Origin: a virus | Lineage: Duplodnaviria; Caudoviricetes | Virus record (IMG/VR): IMGVR_UViG_3300017560_000002 | Location: 3,587-67,586 of that record | Direction: 5' to 3' (one strand) | DNA: 64,000 nucleotides | Shown here: one piece after another, positions 43,321 through 53,350 of the stretch | How the letters are laid out: each line of letters begins with the position of its first letter | Numbering within the stretch: position 1 is the stretch's first letter | The notes under the pieces: model-generated | Databases searched by the model: none | What the model saw: the letters and a program-made list of their open reading frames with translations, nothing else | Told to the model about the DNA's origin: nothing | Position numbers and translations under genes: made by a program

Positions 43321-45464
43321 GCGACGACGGCAGCATTATCCAAGACATCAAGATCACGGGCGCGGATGAAGCCCAGCGCACGCTTGAAAACTTGGGCAAG
43401 GCGGGCGAAGACGCCTTCAACAAGATCAGGGATTCGGGGTCGAAGGCCGACGACGCCTCGAAGGGTATTGACAAGGCGGCGGCGTCTGCCGAAGAACTGG
43501 AGAAGCAACTTAAGGACGCCGAGAAGGCCGGCGAGAATTTTGGCAAGTCCCTTAAGGACGTGGGCCGGGATTCGCTCACCGCAGCCCGCGATCTGGCCCG
43601 TTTTGCCGCTGCTGCGGCTGCGGCCGTTGCTGCCGTGGCGGGCGGAATTTTTGCGCTGTCGGCTCGAGCCGCTCAACTTACGTCGGACCTAAAGGAAGCT
43701 TCGATCGCCGTCGGCACCACGGCGCAGGAACTGGCAGGTCTTCAATTCGCGGCGGGTCAGGCCGGCTCGAGCGCCGAACGGCTGCAGGCCGCTTTGGGAC
43801 GTATCGCTGCGGGAGGCGACGTCGAAGACAAACTGGCGAAGTTTAACATCGCCGTCAAGAATGCTGACGGCACCGCCCGCAGTACGACGGACGTGTTTCG
43901 CGATTTTGCAGACGCCATCGCCAACATGGAAAGTCCGGCTGAACGGTCGGCGGCAGCGGCGGAGGTTTTCGGTCGACGGCTAGGTCCGGGCCTCGTCGAG
44001 TTGCTGTCAACCGGGAGGAAAGGGCTCGACGAATTCACGAAAGAAGCCCAGCGCATCGGGATCGTCTTTACCGAGGCCGAGCTCAAGGTCGGTAAGGATT
44101 TTAACGATGCGCTCGACAAGACGGGTAAGGCTTTCAGCGGGCTGGTTACGCGTATCGGGCTGGCGTTCGGTCCGCACTTTATTCAGATATTTGACCGGAT
44201 CACCGAGGCCATCGTCGCGATTTCACCCGCCGTCATTAAGGCGGCGGAGGCTTTCGCCAATTACGTCGGCCCGGCGATTGTATCGTTCCTTGACACGTTA
44301 GGTCCCGTCGGCACGGCGATCGGCGTGGTGGTTGCTGGTTTTGCCGGTCTGCTCGTCGTTGCCAAGACGGTTGCGGCCGTACTCGCTCCCGTCGGCGCGC
44401 TGCTCGCTACGCTGTTTACTCCACTGACGGCCGCTGTTACGCTTTTGGGTTCGGGCCTGACCTTGCTCGGCAGTATTTTGGCGTCGATCGTCGCCACTCT
44501 GAAAGTCATGGGCATTGCGGCGGTAGCTGCGTTTGGCCCATGGGGTATCGTCATCGCCGCCATCATCGCCGCGATTGGCGTGCTGGCCTACATGCTCTAC
44601 CAGAGTTTCGACTGGGAGACGTTTAAGGCGACGGTCACCGACGCTTGGAACACGTTTAAGCAGGCGATCACTGACGCCATTCAGAATGCTACTGAAAACT
44701 GGGCTGCGTTTACGGCGACGGTGACCTACGCGTGGGAAGTCATCAAGCAAGGCGTCGCCGACGCAGTCGCGTTCGTCCAGAACAGTTGGAATAGCTTTCT
44801 GGAGTGGATGCAGGGCTTGTGGGACAGTGTCAAACAATCGGCAGTCGACGCGTGGAATTTCGTCGCCGACGCCGTCAATAGCGCCGTCCAACGAGCAACG
44901 GCGACAATCAACGGCTGGATCGAAAAGATCAAAGAGACGATCAGGTACGCGAACGAGCTTGCGCAGTCGTGGGGATTTGCGTCGGGTGGTCCAGTCGGCG
45001 CGGCGGCGCAAGGCTTTGCGGGTGGCGGCGGAGTGCGTGGACCGGGAACGTCAAAGTCCGACAGCATTCCGGCGTGGTTGTCGGACGGTGAATTTGTCCA
45101 ACCGGTCCGCGCGGTCCAATACTACGGATCACGCTTTATGGAGGCCATCCGGACGCTTCGCATTCCGCGCGAAGCTCTGGCCGCGCTGATGGGTGGACAG
45201 GGTTTCAACATGGGCGGACTAGTCGAAGGTCTGGCCTCTCGCTTTAGTGAACCGTTGACGAGCGGCGTGTCAGCGTCCGGTCTGTACCGGGAGAGCACGT
45301 CGAGCGGCGATAGCCGGCGTCCGCTCCAACTGGTGCTGCCGGGCGGCCAGACGATTTCAGGCATGACGGCGAATTCCGAAGCCATTCGGGCGCTTGAACG
45401 GTATTCAATCGAAGAGCGGCTGGCTAGCGCTGGCAGGCGGCAGTCAAGTAGGTCGGCGAAATGA
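43317..45464 (+). CDS. Tape measure protein
   Basis: Ala-rich helical protein with W/F-spaced repeats; C-terminal GFAGGG.V.GPGT.KSDSIPAWLSDGEFV. Confidence 0.92.
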   Translation: MSDDGSIIQDIKITGADEAQRTLENLGKAGEDAFNKIRDSGSKADDASKGIDKAAASAEELEKQLKDAEKAGENFGKSLKDVGRDSLTAARDLARFAAAAAAAVAAVAGGIFALSARAAQLTSDLKEASIAVGTTAQELAGLQFAAGQAGSSAERLQAALGRIAAGGDVEDKLAKFNIAVKNADGTARSTTDVFRDFADAIANMESPAERSAAAAEVFGRRLGPGLVELLSTGRKGLDEFTKEAQRIGIVFTEAELKVGKDFNDALDKTGKAFSGLVTRIGLAFGPHFIQIFDRITEAIVAISPAVIKAAEAFANYVGPAIVSFLDTLGPVGTAIGVVVAGFAGLLVVAKTVAAVLAPVGALLATLFTPLTAAVTLLGSGLTLLGSILASIVATLKVMGIAAVAAFGPWGIVIAAIIAAIGVLAYMLYQSFDWETFKATVTDAWNTFKQAITDAIQNATENWAAFTATVTYAWEVIKQGVADAVAFVQNSWNSFLEWMQGLWDSVKQSAVDAWNFVADAVNSAVQRATATINGWIEKIKETIRYANELAQSWGFASGGPVGAAAQGFAGGGGVRGPGTSKSDSIPAWLSDGEFVQPVRAVQYYGSRFMEAIRTLRIPREALAALMGGQGFNMGGLVEGLASRFSEPLTSGVSASGLYRESTSSGDSRRPLQLVLPGGQTISGMTANSEAIRALERYSIEERLASAGRRQSSRSAK

Positions 45465-45925
45465 GCGACGAGGAATACTACGCTCCCGTAATCGGCGGCG
45501 GATTTCAGACCGTTCTGACGCTGCTTGGTATGGGCGTCACGCTGTTTTCGTCACGCGGGCTGGTGCAGACGCTGGCACCGATCGAGGCCGCGACGCAGCA
45601 AGCGCGGACCATCAACGGACAGCTACAAGACCTGTCGGTCGAGCTCTTCCACAAATATCGCACGACGATCACCTGCGTCGATCAGCGCGTGCCGGCGCTT
45701 GACGGCATTTTTCCGGGCCGGGAACTTACCGTACATTGCGCGGTGGAGCTTGCCTGCCCGGTAGGTGATACGCCCGCGCGGCCGGCCGCTCCGGGCAGCA
45801 CGCGCGTCGAGCACGGCTTCACTTTCTATCGCCCCGTTCTGGTCATGCTGGTTACGACGTATAGCGTCGAATATAACGAGTGGGGTGCGTCCGTCGGCTG
45901 GTCCCTCGAAATGGAGGAACGCTGA
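45461..45925 (+). CDS. Putative distal tail protein
   Basis: Immediately after the tape measure gene. Confidence 0.6.
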   Translation: MSDEEYYAPVIGGGFQTVLTLLGMGVTLFSSRGLVQTLAPIEAATQQARTINGQLQDLSVELFHKYRTTITCVDQRVPALDGIFPGRELTVHCAVELACPVGDTPARPAAPGSTRVEHGFTFYRPVLVMLVTTYSVEYNEWGASVGWSLEMEER

Positions 45926-48060
45926 TGGAGGCGATTTATTTTGCATGGGTGGATGCAGGGGAGCCGTTTAACGCCGCTGTCCACAACCGCTCGGATGAAA
46001 ACATCTACAGCCTGTCCCTTAAGCAGAAAGAGGGTGGCTTCGCGTATTTGACCATCGTCGTGCGAAATCCACGCGTCGGGTTGCTGTCACCGGGCCGAAA
46101 GTTCTGGGCGTGGGTGTCGATCGAGCACAACAATGCCGTTTATCCGCTTTTCTATGGGCAGATGATCGGTACGCCGAGCAACATTTTCGCGGAGCAAGTG
46201 ACGCTCGAATTCCGTGCCCGCCCGCTCGACTATCTGGATCGCAAGCACGAACTGGCGGATTCGCTGCGCGTGCTGCCGTGGTACGATCCCGTCTGGTACG
46301 ACGAGCGAAAGCGGCTTGAGCCCGATACTGTGTTTGAAGGCTATAGCGGGTCGATCCACGTCGATCGTCTGACGCACGCGTTGACGCTGTCCGACTGGAT
46401 CAGCGGTGACAGCCTGCTTGAATACGGCGAGAGCGGCGTGCTCTACGACGGGCTCGAGAGCCGTATCGTCTCGGTTCCGATACGCAGCGTTCTGGTACGC
46501 GCGCGGGCTTTCTGGACACAGATCGGCCAGACGACGTCGGACGTTATGCCGCTGATCTACAACCAGTACACAAACATCGACGACAAGAAGGGTTTTCTGT
46601 CAACATTCACGGCGCAAGGTCTGGAGAGTTCATGGCCGCAGCCGGGAGCCAACATCGGCGGCGGGCTGTCAACGGCTCAGGCCAGCCTCAATCTGGACGC
46701 GCCGATCAAACTGGAGACCACGACGATATCGTGGAAGACCGACAACAAGCCATCAAAGCCCGACACTGGTCCGCCGATTTCGTCGTTTGACGGCGGGCAG
46801 GTCCTTATCGTCGTCCACAACGTATCGGGCAGCGAAACGAAAGTCGTACCGCCCAAGAATGTCCGGCTGTATCCGCAGCCCGACCCGTTTTCCCCGATGG
46901 CGATGGGACCGGACGACGTAATTGCTCCGATCGTCATGACTAAAGGGACGAGCCAGCGCACGTCTGATACTAAGACTGGCGCAACTCAGAGCATGTCGGA
47001 TTCCATTACGTACCAGCGTCCGCTGATCTACCTTACGTATTTCAGGCCGGTCTGGACCGTCGCAATCAACGTGGCCCGTCGCCAGATCGAGTTCGTCGAA
47101 TTCGCGCTCAACGCCGAAATGCAGCCGGTCGTAACCGATCCCGAAGACAAGGACGTGCTGGAGCTCACGTTTGACAGCGTAGACGCTTCGTTTCCGATCT
47201 TGGACAACACGCCAGCCGTTGATCCTGACGACGTGCCGCTCGTTGACAACCGACGCCCGATCGTCAATCCGGCGCTGCGCTCCTACATCACGACGACGCG
47301 CGGCCTTAAGAGCCTCGAGCACCTGCTCATGGTGGCACGGGCGCACATCTTGGCGGCGGCTAGAGCGATCGAACACAAGTTCGTTCTTCGGGACTTTATG
47401 GAGATCGTTGACGTCAGTCTGCGTAAAAACGCCCGGATTTTGGACCCGCGTTTGCCCGGCGGCGAAGTAACCGGCAAAATTACCGAATACGAACTGACGG
47501 TCCAGAACGGGGCGGTCCTCTGCACCGTTACAATGGTTTCGACCGTCGGTTATGGCGGCAATATCGACGTGCTACCGGGCGAACCGACTTACGTCGAGGC
47601 GGATTACGTCGAGCCCGACTATCAGGAGTATGAAAACGCCGTCGTGGCTCCCAATTCGGACATCGGATACAAGCGTCCGCTGGCAAACCCGAAGGACGAC
47701 GGCATCAATCTTCTTGGCGCGACGGTGCCGGCGAACCAGATTGTCAACTCGGTGGTCGTCGCGAACGGACCTGTCACCCAACGCGACGAAATCATGGCGA
47801 TCGTCGAGGCCGGCGTCCCGGAGGACGGAGCGATTATCACGTCGGAATTCGGGTCCGGCAGTTTGTCGGCTACGTGGGACAATACGGCTGCGTATCAGGA
47901 ATTCTCGTCACGCCTGCGTGATATGTTGAAAGACAAACAAACGTCGATCAAGGTCGTCTTTCGTAATCTGCAGAAGGAATTTGAATCTCCATATCTGATC
48001 GAGGTAGAAGACCTTAAGGTGCCGAAGATGATCGATCTCGAAGCGGGGTCGACGCCATGA
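45925..48060 (+). CDS. Putative baseplate hub/tail tip protein
   Basis: Position, size and beta-rich composition; ATG 45925. Confidence 0.65.
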   Translation: MEAIYFAWVDAGEPFNAAVHNRSDENIYSLSLKQKEGGFAYLTIVVRNPRVGLLSPGRKFWAWVSIEHNNAVYPLFYGQMIGTPSNIFAEQVTLEFRARPLDYLDRKHELADSLRVLPWYDPVWYDERKRLEPDTVFEGYSGSIHVDRLTHALTLSDWISGDSLLEYGESGVLYDGLESRIVSVPIRSVLVRARAFWTQIGQTTSDVMPLIYNQYTNIDDKKGFLSTFTAQGLESSWPQPGANIGGGLSTAQASLNLDAPIKLETTTISWKTDNKPSKPDTGPPISSFDGGQVLIVVHNVSGSETKVVPPKNVRLYPQPDPFSPMAMGPDDVIAPIVMTKGTSQRTSDTKTGATQSMSDSITYQRPLIYLTYFRPVWTVAINVARRQIEFVEFALNAEMQPVVTDPEDKDVLELTFDSVDASFPILDNTPAVDPDDVPLVDNRRPIVNPALRSYITTTRGLKSLEHLLMVARAHILAAARAIEHKFVLRDFMEIVDVSLRKNARILDPRLPGGEVTGKITEYELTVQNGAVLCTVTMVSTVGYGGNIDVLPGEPTYVEADYVEPDYQEYENAVVAPNSDIGYKRPLANPKDDGINLLGATVPANQIVNSVVVANGPVTQRDEIMAIVEAGVPEDGAIITSEFGSGSLSATWDNTAAYQEFSSRLRDMLKDKQTSIKVVFRNLQKEFESPYLIEVEDLKVPKMIDLEAGSTP

Positions 48061-48455
48061 CCATGGAAAACGTCGTTCGCCCGTTCGCCACCAACTGGGT
48101 TAATCCGCCCGTCGTTGGTCGTAAAAACAACGCGGGCAATCCGGACGAAATCGAAATGACGATCGAATTCGGTGGAGCAAACACCGTCGAGACTTCCTAC
48201 AACAACACCAGCACTATTCAGTCCGTGCGTCGCACTGAAAACACCGAGCACCGCCGCAAGTTCGACAAAGTCCGCGTCAAAAATCAGGACGATCCGGAGA
48301 CGTATATCGACGTCGAAGTTACGAAGGCGATCGCGCAGTCTGCAGCCAAGGGCGCGAACATCAACGCTCCGTCGCAGAACGTCATCAAGCTGATCGAGCA
48401 GGAAGAAGACGACCACATCGAAATTCTGGAACGAGACCAGATCAAGACCGGTTAA
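48057..48455 (+). CDS. Virion-associated hypothetical protein
   Basis: Operon packing. Confidence 0.6.
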   Translation: MTMENVVRPFATNWVNPPVVGRKNNAGNPDEIEMTIEFGGANTVETSYNNTSTIQSVRRTENTEHRRKFDKVRVKNQDDPETYIDVEVTKAIAQSAAKGANINAPSQNVIKLIEQEEDDHIEILERDQIKTG

Positions 48456-48471
48456 AGGAGGCTTTTAAGCC

Positions 48472-49275
48472 ATGCCGCTCGAGCTACTATACAAGAACGA
48501 TGGGCCGTGGGGCGGCGGTAAGGGTGATCCGCTTACGTCGGTGGAAGCCGACACCAATCTATGGGCCATCGTTCAATATGTTCAGGACATCGAGGCCAAT
48601 CTCGCTGTTCCGGTTGGTATTGATGAAGTAGTGCTCGTCACGCCGAATTCGTTTATCGTTCGGCTGACGGACGAGCGCGTCATGGGTCCGTTTACAATCC
48701 CGACGGCGCGCATTCGCTGGCGCGACCAGTGGGCGAACGGCCAGACGTACGCCGTCAACGATCTGATTCAGGTTGAGGGCGTCGGCATTTACTGGGTACT
48801 ACAGGCACACACCACGCCTGCGATCCCGGCGGCGTTTGATCCGGAAGCCGTCGGCGAAGACAGCCAGCCGCTCTATCAACAGATGTTCGGGCCGAGCCCT
48901 GTGGTCCGGTACGATATTCCGTTCAATATACTGGGTCCGCTTCCCGGCGGCGAAGACATGCGCATGGGCATCTACGTCGTGCCCGGCAACTTGAACTTCT
49001 TCCTGCCCGACGAGCTCGCCAACTCGGTGGCTTATCTGGGAACGGCATGCACCGAGCCCGTCAGTATCGAAATCTACAAAAATGACGAAGTTATCGGGTC
49101 GATTGATTTCGACCCGGAAGCCGAAGTTGACGGATCAGGAGGCCAGTTTGGCACATTAAGCATGGGGGCGCGCACCGATTTTGCTCCCGGCGACAAACTG
49201 TGGCTCGTTGAGCCGACAATCGTCGACGAAACCGCCGCCGATCTATCAGTGGTATTTGCCGCGTTTACCACCTAG
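48472..49275 (+). CDS. Tail-tip protein with a CBM5/12-like carbohydrate-binding segment
   Basis: LT..EAD.N N-terminus; W..GQTYAVNDLI...IYWVLQAHT. Confidence 0.6.
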   Translation: MPLELLYKNDGPWGGGKGDPLTSVEADTNLWAIVQYVQDIEANLAVPVGIDEVVLVTPNSFIVRLTDERVMGPFTIPTARIRWRDQWANGQTYAVNDLIQVEGVGIYWVLQAHTTPAIPAAFDPEAVGEDSQPLYQQMFGPSPVVRYDIPFNILGPLPGGEDMRMGIYVVPGNLNFFLPDELANSVAYLGTACTEPVSIEIYKNDEVIGSIDFDPEAEVDGSGGQFGTLSMGARTDFAPGDKLWLVEPTIVDETAADLSVVFAAFTT

Positions 49276-49283
49276 GGTGAAGT

Positions 49284-52200
49284 ATGACTACGTCGCTTGT
49301 TAGCGCGATTACAGTTCGAAGTCGCCGTAAAGGGCGGAAGACGATCCGTGCCTCGAAACTGATCAACCAACACGCATTCGGCAGTCATGGGCTCGAGCTC
49401 CGGGACGTCATCAACATCGCTCACACGAAACTAGCCAACCAGCAGGCGTTTGGCGGTCATTCGCTCGAGCTTCGCGACGTTCTCAACATTGTTCATACGA
49501 AACTGGCAAACCAGCACGCGTTCGGCGCTCTCGCCGTTGAAAACGTAACGCCGCCCGTCGGCCTCGACATTTTGTTGTCCAAGCTGTACGGTACGTCTGC
49601 ATTCGGCGCGCACGAACTTGTCATGGGCGATCTGCGTCCGACTTCGGGCCTGCTGTTCTGCGACAGTTTCGATTCTTATGACGCTGTGGGCGGCGGCACG
49701 GGCGGCGTGGGCGGCGTTTGGGTGCAAAACGGCGGCACGGTCGAATATCTGCCGACGGGCGGCAAGAATGGGCGCGGTGCCTTCCGGCGAGCGTCCAGCA
49801 CCAGCTTTATTCACATGATGACGCCGGTACTAAACGATACGGGCGTGCCGGTTGGTGAGGAACTGCACTTCGCGGTCAACGCGAAGTTTACCACGTCGAT
49901 CCCAACCAGCAACGCGCGGTGGCTTGGTATCGGCGTCGAGGGCGACAGTCTGGGTCCGGCGTCGGCTGCGTTCCTCGTCCTTGGAGCCAACGCCCGCGTG
50001 TCGCTCCAGTCGCTCGACACGTCATTTCCCGGAACGACGATCGCTACCGAAAACAACGGCGCGGGAATCGGGTATCTGGCCGACAAGTTGGGGCAGTGGG
50101 TTCACGTCGAAGTTATGTACAAGCTCGACGGTGCGAGCGGACGCTGCAAAGTGTGGCTTGACGGCGTCCTGATCATCGACTTTACTGGCGATTTGTCGAC
50201 GGCGACCGAGGGCGCAATTCATCGCGTATCGCTGGTCGGTGGCGGCGACGAGTGCGTGTTCGACGACTTCGTGGCGTGGCGTAAGGCTCCGGGCGTTACG
50301 GCGTTTAATTACGACCAGATCGGCATTGACAGCAACGATCTTCCGAAGCCGCACTATATCGAGACGTTGCGTCCGATCGCGGATGGCGACGCCGTCCAAC
50401 TGTCGCCGAGCGGTGGCAATCCGAATTGGCAGAACGTGTCAGAAGCGTGGCGCGACGGCACGTCAACCATTAACACTACGTCAACCGACGGCGCGTACGA
50501 TCTGTATGAATTCGAAAAGCTGGACGAATATTCAGCCCTCGATGACGTTCTGGCGGTGGTTTCGTTTGATCACCACGATTTCGGCACATCGACCAGCGAA
50601 TATCGGCACCGGACGAAGACGAACAGCCGCGACTTTTTCGGCCTAAACATGGGCGGTTCTACGTCCCTTAACACGAGGCGTTTCAACGGGTGGCCAGTAA
50701 ATCCCGAGACTTTCGCCCTGTGGACCATCGACGAAGTCAACGACGCCCAGTTCGGGTTTCAGCGCATGTCGGCGGCGTCAGGTGCCACACGCCTGACCAA
50801 CATGTTTCTGGAAGTGATCCGGGGAGGCGGCCTGCAGGACGACGACGGCGGAGAACTGACAGAACAGGCGACGATAACGCTCACCATTCCGTCGGGTAAA
50901 GTCACCGCCGACCTTACTGATTTTCCCGTCCTGATCGACTTGTCGAAGCTTCCGACGGACTTTAAGGACACGATCCTGTCCGGAGCCGGCAACTTGCGGG
51001 CTTTCGACATGGCGGGCGACGCGCTACCGCTTGACGTCGTCGTGTGGGACCACGTCGAGCAGAAGGGCTTCGCCTTCGTCAAGCTCCCGACGGTCTTTAC
51101 GGCGGCGGATACCGAGTGGCGCTTGCGTACGTACACGGCTGGCGACAAGGCACCAAACAACGCTCCCGAAGGCCGGAACGCCGTCTGGTCTGACTACGAA
51201 ATCGTGCTATTCTTTGACGACGGCGACGGCTGGACCGATCATGCCGGCAAGATCGTAGTCAGTCCCGGCACCACGGGCCACGGCACCACCGGGCGCGCGT
51301 ACGTCGATCTGCTCGACGAGCCGCTTTTCGCCGGCAAGGGTCTGCGTCTTTACAATCCGTCGAGCGAAGCGACGGCCTTTGCAGTCTGGGGTATGCTGTC
51401 GGGCTCGCTTCCCGCCTTTACGCTTGGCGTGTCGCTGCAGACGACGCGACAGAGTACGTCAAACAATTTTGGCGTCGGTTCGTTGCTCAATTCCGCTAAC
51501 CAGACCCAGCGTGCATCGATGTCGTGGCGCGGCTCCGATAGCAGCGGATCGGACGCCATGCAGGCGTGGGACAACACCAACTCGTGGCTCAACAACACGC
51601 CTCGTTTCATTCCGTCCAACGACGCCGAGCGCTTCCGAGGCCACTTGCAGTATAGTGCGGCGTCCAGTGGCACGCGCCGTAATTTGTACAACGGTCCGGA
51701 CGGTTACGTGGCGTCGGCAGGCTTCACTTCTCGTCCGACGACCGACATGTTCGTGCTGGGGCGGGCTCAAGCCAACTCGACGACCGAACCCGGCAACTTT
51801 GAATACGGCTTCGCGTACGTTCGGGCCGAATATCTTAGCGACGATTGGCTCCGGGCCGAAGTGGACATGGCGACGGACCCGGATTTCATCGACTTTCCGG
51901 GAGAAGGCGAAATCGTCGAGGGAGGCTTGCAACACTGGAACCCGGACACCAGCAGCGACGGTCTGATCACGGACGCCCTACGCATGGACGTCACGCTGCT
52001 GAATTCAGGTGCCGCCGGCTGGCACGTGGCAAAGGCGTTCGATCGCGCGACGGATAAGAAGTATTGGGAAATTCACGTACTGGCGCTCGACGCTTGCTCG
52101 ACGGGTATGGCCGTTCCGTTCACAGCTACAAACCAGAAACTGGGTCAGACGATCACCGATTTTGGCGTCGGTGTAAGAGGACAGGGCATCGGTTATTGGA

Positions 52201-52508
52201 ACGACGGGCGCGTGGTTATTGGCGGGGTGATCGTCCAGAATTACGCGCCGTACACGGCGGGCGACGTGGTGATGATAGCCTACGATCACGACACCCGACG
52301 CATCTGGTTTGGTAAGAACGGCAGCTGGAACGGCAACCCGGCGGCGGGGACCGGTTGGGCGCACCAGCTACCTGTCAACACTGTGCTGGTGTCCGCCAAT
52401 CACTGGATGCCAGCGGATTCCGTGTTTGGCGGGCACAGTAACCAAGCTCGCTTCCAAGCCGGAAGTCAGTTGCACTCACCGCCTTCTGGCTTTAGCTCGT
52501 TTACTTAA
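49284..52508 (+). CDS. Large receptor-binding/tail fibre protein (N-terminal repeats, lectin-like region, DUF2341-like, SPRY-like C-terminus)
   Basis: 1074 aa; LTDFPVLIDL (DUF2341-like); KKYWEIH..GDVVMIAYD..IWFGKNG (SPRY-like). Confidence 0.7.
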   Translation: MTTSLVSAITVRSRRKGRKTIRASKLINQHAFGSHGLELRDVINIAHTKLANQQAFGGHSLELRDVLNIVHTKLANQHAFGALAVENVTPPVGLDILLSKLYGTSAFGAHELVMGDLRPTSGLLFCDSFDSYDAVGGGTGGVGGVWVQNGGTVEYLPTGGKNGRGAFRRASSTSFIHMMTPVLNDTGVPVGEELHFAVNAKFTTSIPTSNARWLGIGVEGDSLGPASAAFLVLGANARVSLQSLDTSFPGTTIATENNGAGIGYLADKLGQWVHVEVMYKLDGASGRCKVWLDGVLIIDFTGDLSTATEGAIHRVSLVGGGDECVFDDFVAWRKAPGVTAFNYDQIGIDSNDLPKPHYIETLRPIADGDAVQLSPSGGNPNWQNVSEAWRDGTSTINTTSTDGAYDLYEFEKLDEYSALDDVLAVVSFDHHDFGTSTSEYRHRTKTNSRDFFGLNMGGSTSLNTRRFNGWPVNPETFALWTIDEVNDAQFGFQRMSAASGATRLTNMFLEVIRGGGLQDDDGGELTEQATITLTIPSGKVTADLTDFPVLIDLSKLPTDFKDTILSGAGNLRAFDMAGDALPLDVVVWDHVEQKGFAFVKLPTVFTAADTEWRLRTYTAGDKAPNNAPEGRNAVWSDYEIVLFFDDGDGWTDHAGKIVVSPGTTGHGTTGRAYVDLLDEPLFAGKGLRLYNPSSEATAFAVWGMLSGSLPAFTLGVSLQTTRQSTSNNFGVGSLLNSANQTQRASMSWRGSDSSGSDAMQAWDNTNSWLNNTPRFIPSNDAERFRGHLQYSAASSGTRRNLYNGPDGYVASAGFTSRPTTDMFVLGRAQANSTTEPGNFEYGFAYVRAEYLSDDWLRAEVDMATDPDFIDFPGEGEIVEGGLQHWNPDTSSDGLITDALRMDVTLLNSGAAGWHVAKAFDRATDKKYWEIHVLALDACSTGMAVPFTATNQKLGQTITDFGVGVRGQGIGYWNDGRVVIGGVIVQNYAPYTAGDVVMIAYDHDTRRIWFGKNGSWNGNPAAGTGWAHQLPVNTVLVSANHWMPADSVFGGHSNQARFQAGSQLHSPPSGFSSFT

Positions 52509-52520
52509 GGAGAACCGACT

Positions 52521-52940
52521 ATGGCAAACGCTCTCTACCCCAGCGCCAAAGCAGCTATGCTGCAGGGTGCTATCAATCTGCTGACGGCGGACGTTCGCGC
52601 CGCTCTGCTCAAGACGAGCGTGTATAACGCGACGCACGCTTTCATGTCGGATATAGCGGCAAACGTGATCGCTCGTTCGACGTCTCTGACTGGCAAGTCC
52701 GTCGACCCAGCAACAGCCACGTTTGACAGTGACGACGCCTTATTCGCGTCGGTGCCGTCCGGACCGGACGACGTCGCGGTGGTCGTTCTGTTTATCCATA
52801 CCGGCAACGACGCCACAGCGCGACTGCTGGGCTTCTTCGACACCGGTCTTACCGGGGTTCCGCTGACGCCCGATGGTCGCGACATTCGCGTCATGGTTGA
52901 TGACGACGAGTATGGCGTCCCCGGCTGGTTCCAGCTGTAA
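52521..52940 (+). CDS. Virion structural protein
   Basis: MANALY..K..L...INL..DV.AAL pattern typical of tail-tip regions. Confidence 0.6.
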   Translation: MANALYPSAKAAMLQGAINLLTADVRAALLKTSVYNATHAFMSDIAANVIARSTSLTGKSVDPATATFDSDDALFASVPSGPDDVAVVVLFIHTGNDATARLLGFFDTGLTGVPLTPDGRDIRVMVDDDEYGVPGWFQL

Positions 52941-52969
52941 GACAACACGAGACTGCAAGGAATAGAGGC

Positions 52970-53350
52970 ATGATCCCCGGACGTTATGACTTCGAGGTTT
53001 GGCGCGGGACCACGCCTCGATTTGTGTTCGCCGTGCTTGATTCGAATCAAGTACCGGTCGAATTCGACGACATCCGCGTCAGTTTTGCGTACAAGGGAAA
53101 CCTGCTCTTTCGTAAGACTTACGTTATGGACGACAGCAGCGAAAGTCCGGGCGGCGTGGTTTCGGAAGATGAATACGCTGGGACTTTTCGTGTTGTGCTG
53201 ACGCCCGAAGACACCCGGACTATTCGCGAGGCGTCGGATACGAAGCCCTACACGCCAGCCACTTACGAAATCGAAGTGTGGCACAACGGTAGCCAGCTGG
53301 TCTATCTGTGGGGTGAGATTGTAGGCCGGGGAGGCCGGAACGATGACTGA
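52970..53350 (+). CDS. Fibre adaptor-like protein (BppU N-terminal-like)
   Basis: YDFEVWRGTT..TYEIEV; precedes the collagen fibre gene. Confidence 0.5.
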   Translation: MIPGRYDFEVWRGTTPRFVFAVLDSNQVPVEFDDIRVSFAYKGNLLFRKTYVMDDSSESPGGVVSEDEYAGTFRVVLTPEDTRTIREASDTKPYTPATYEIEVWHNGSQLVYLWGEIVGRGGRNDD

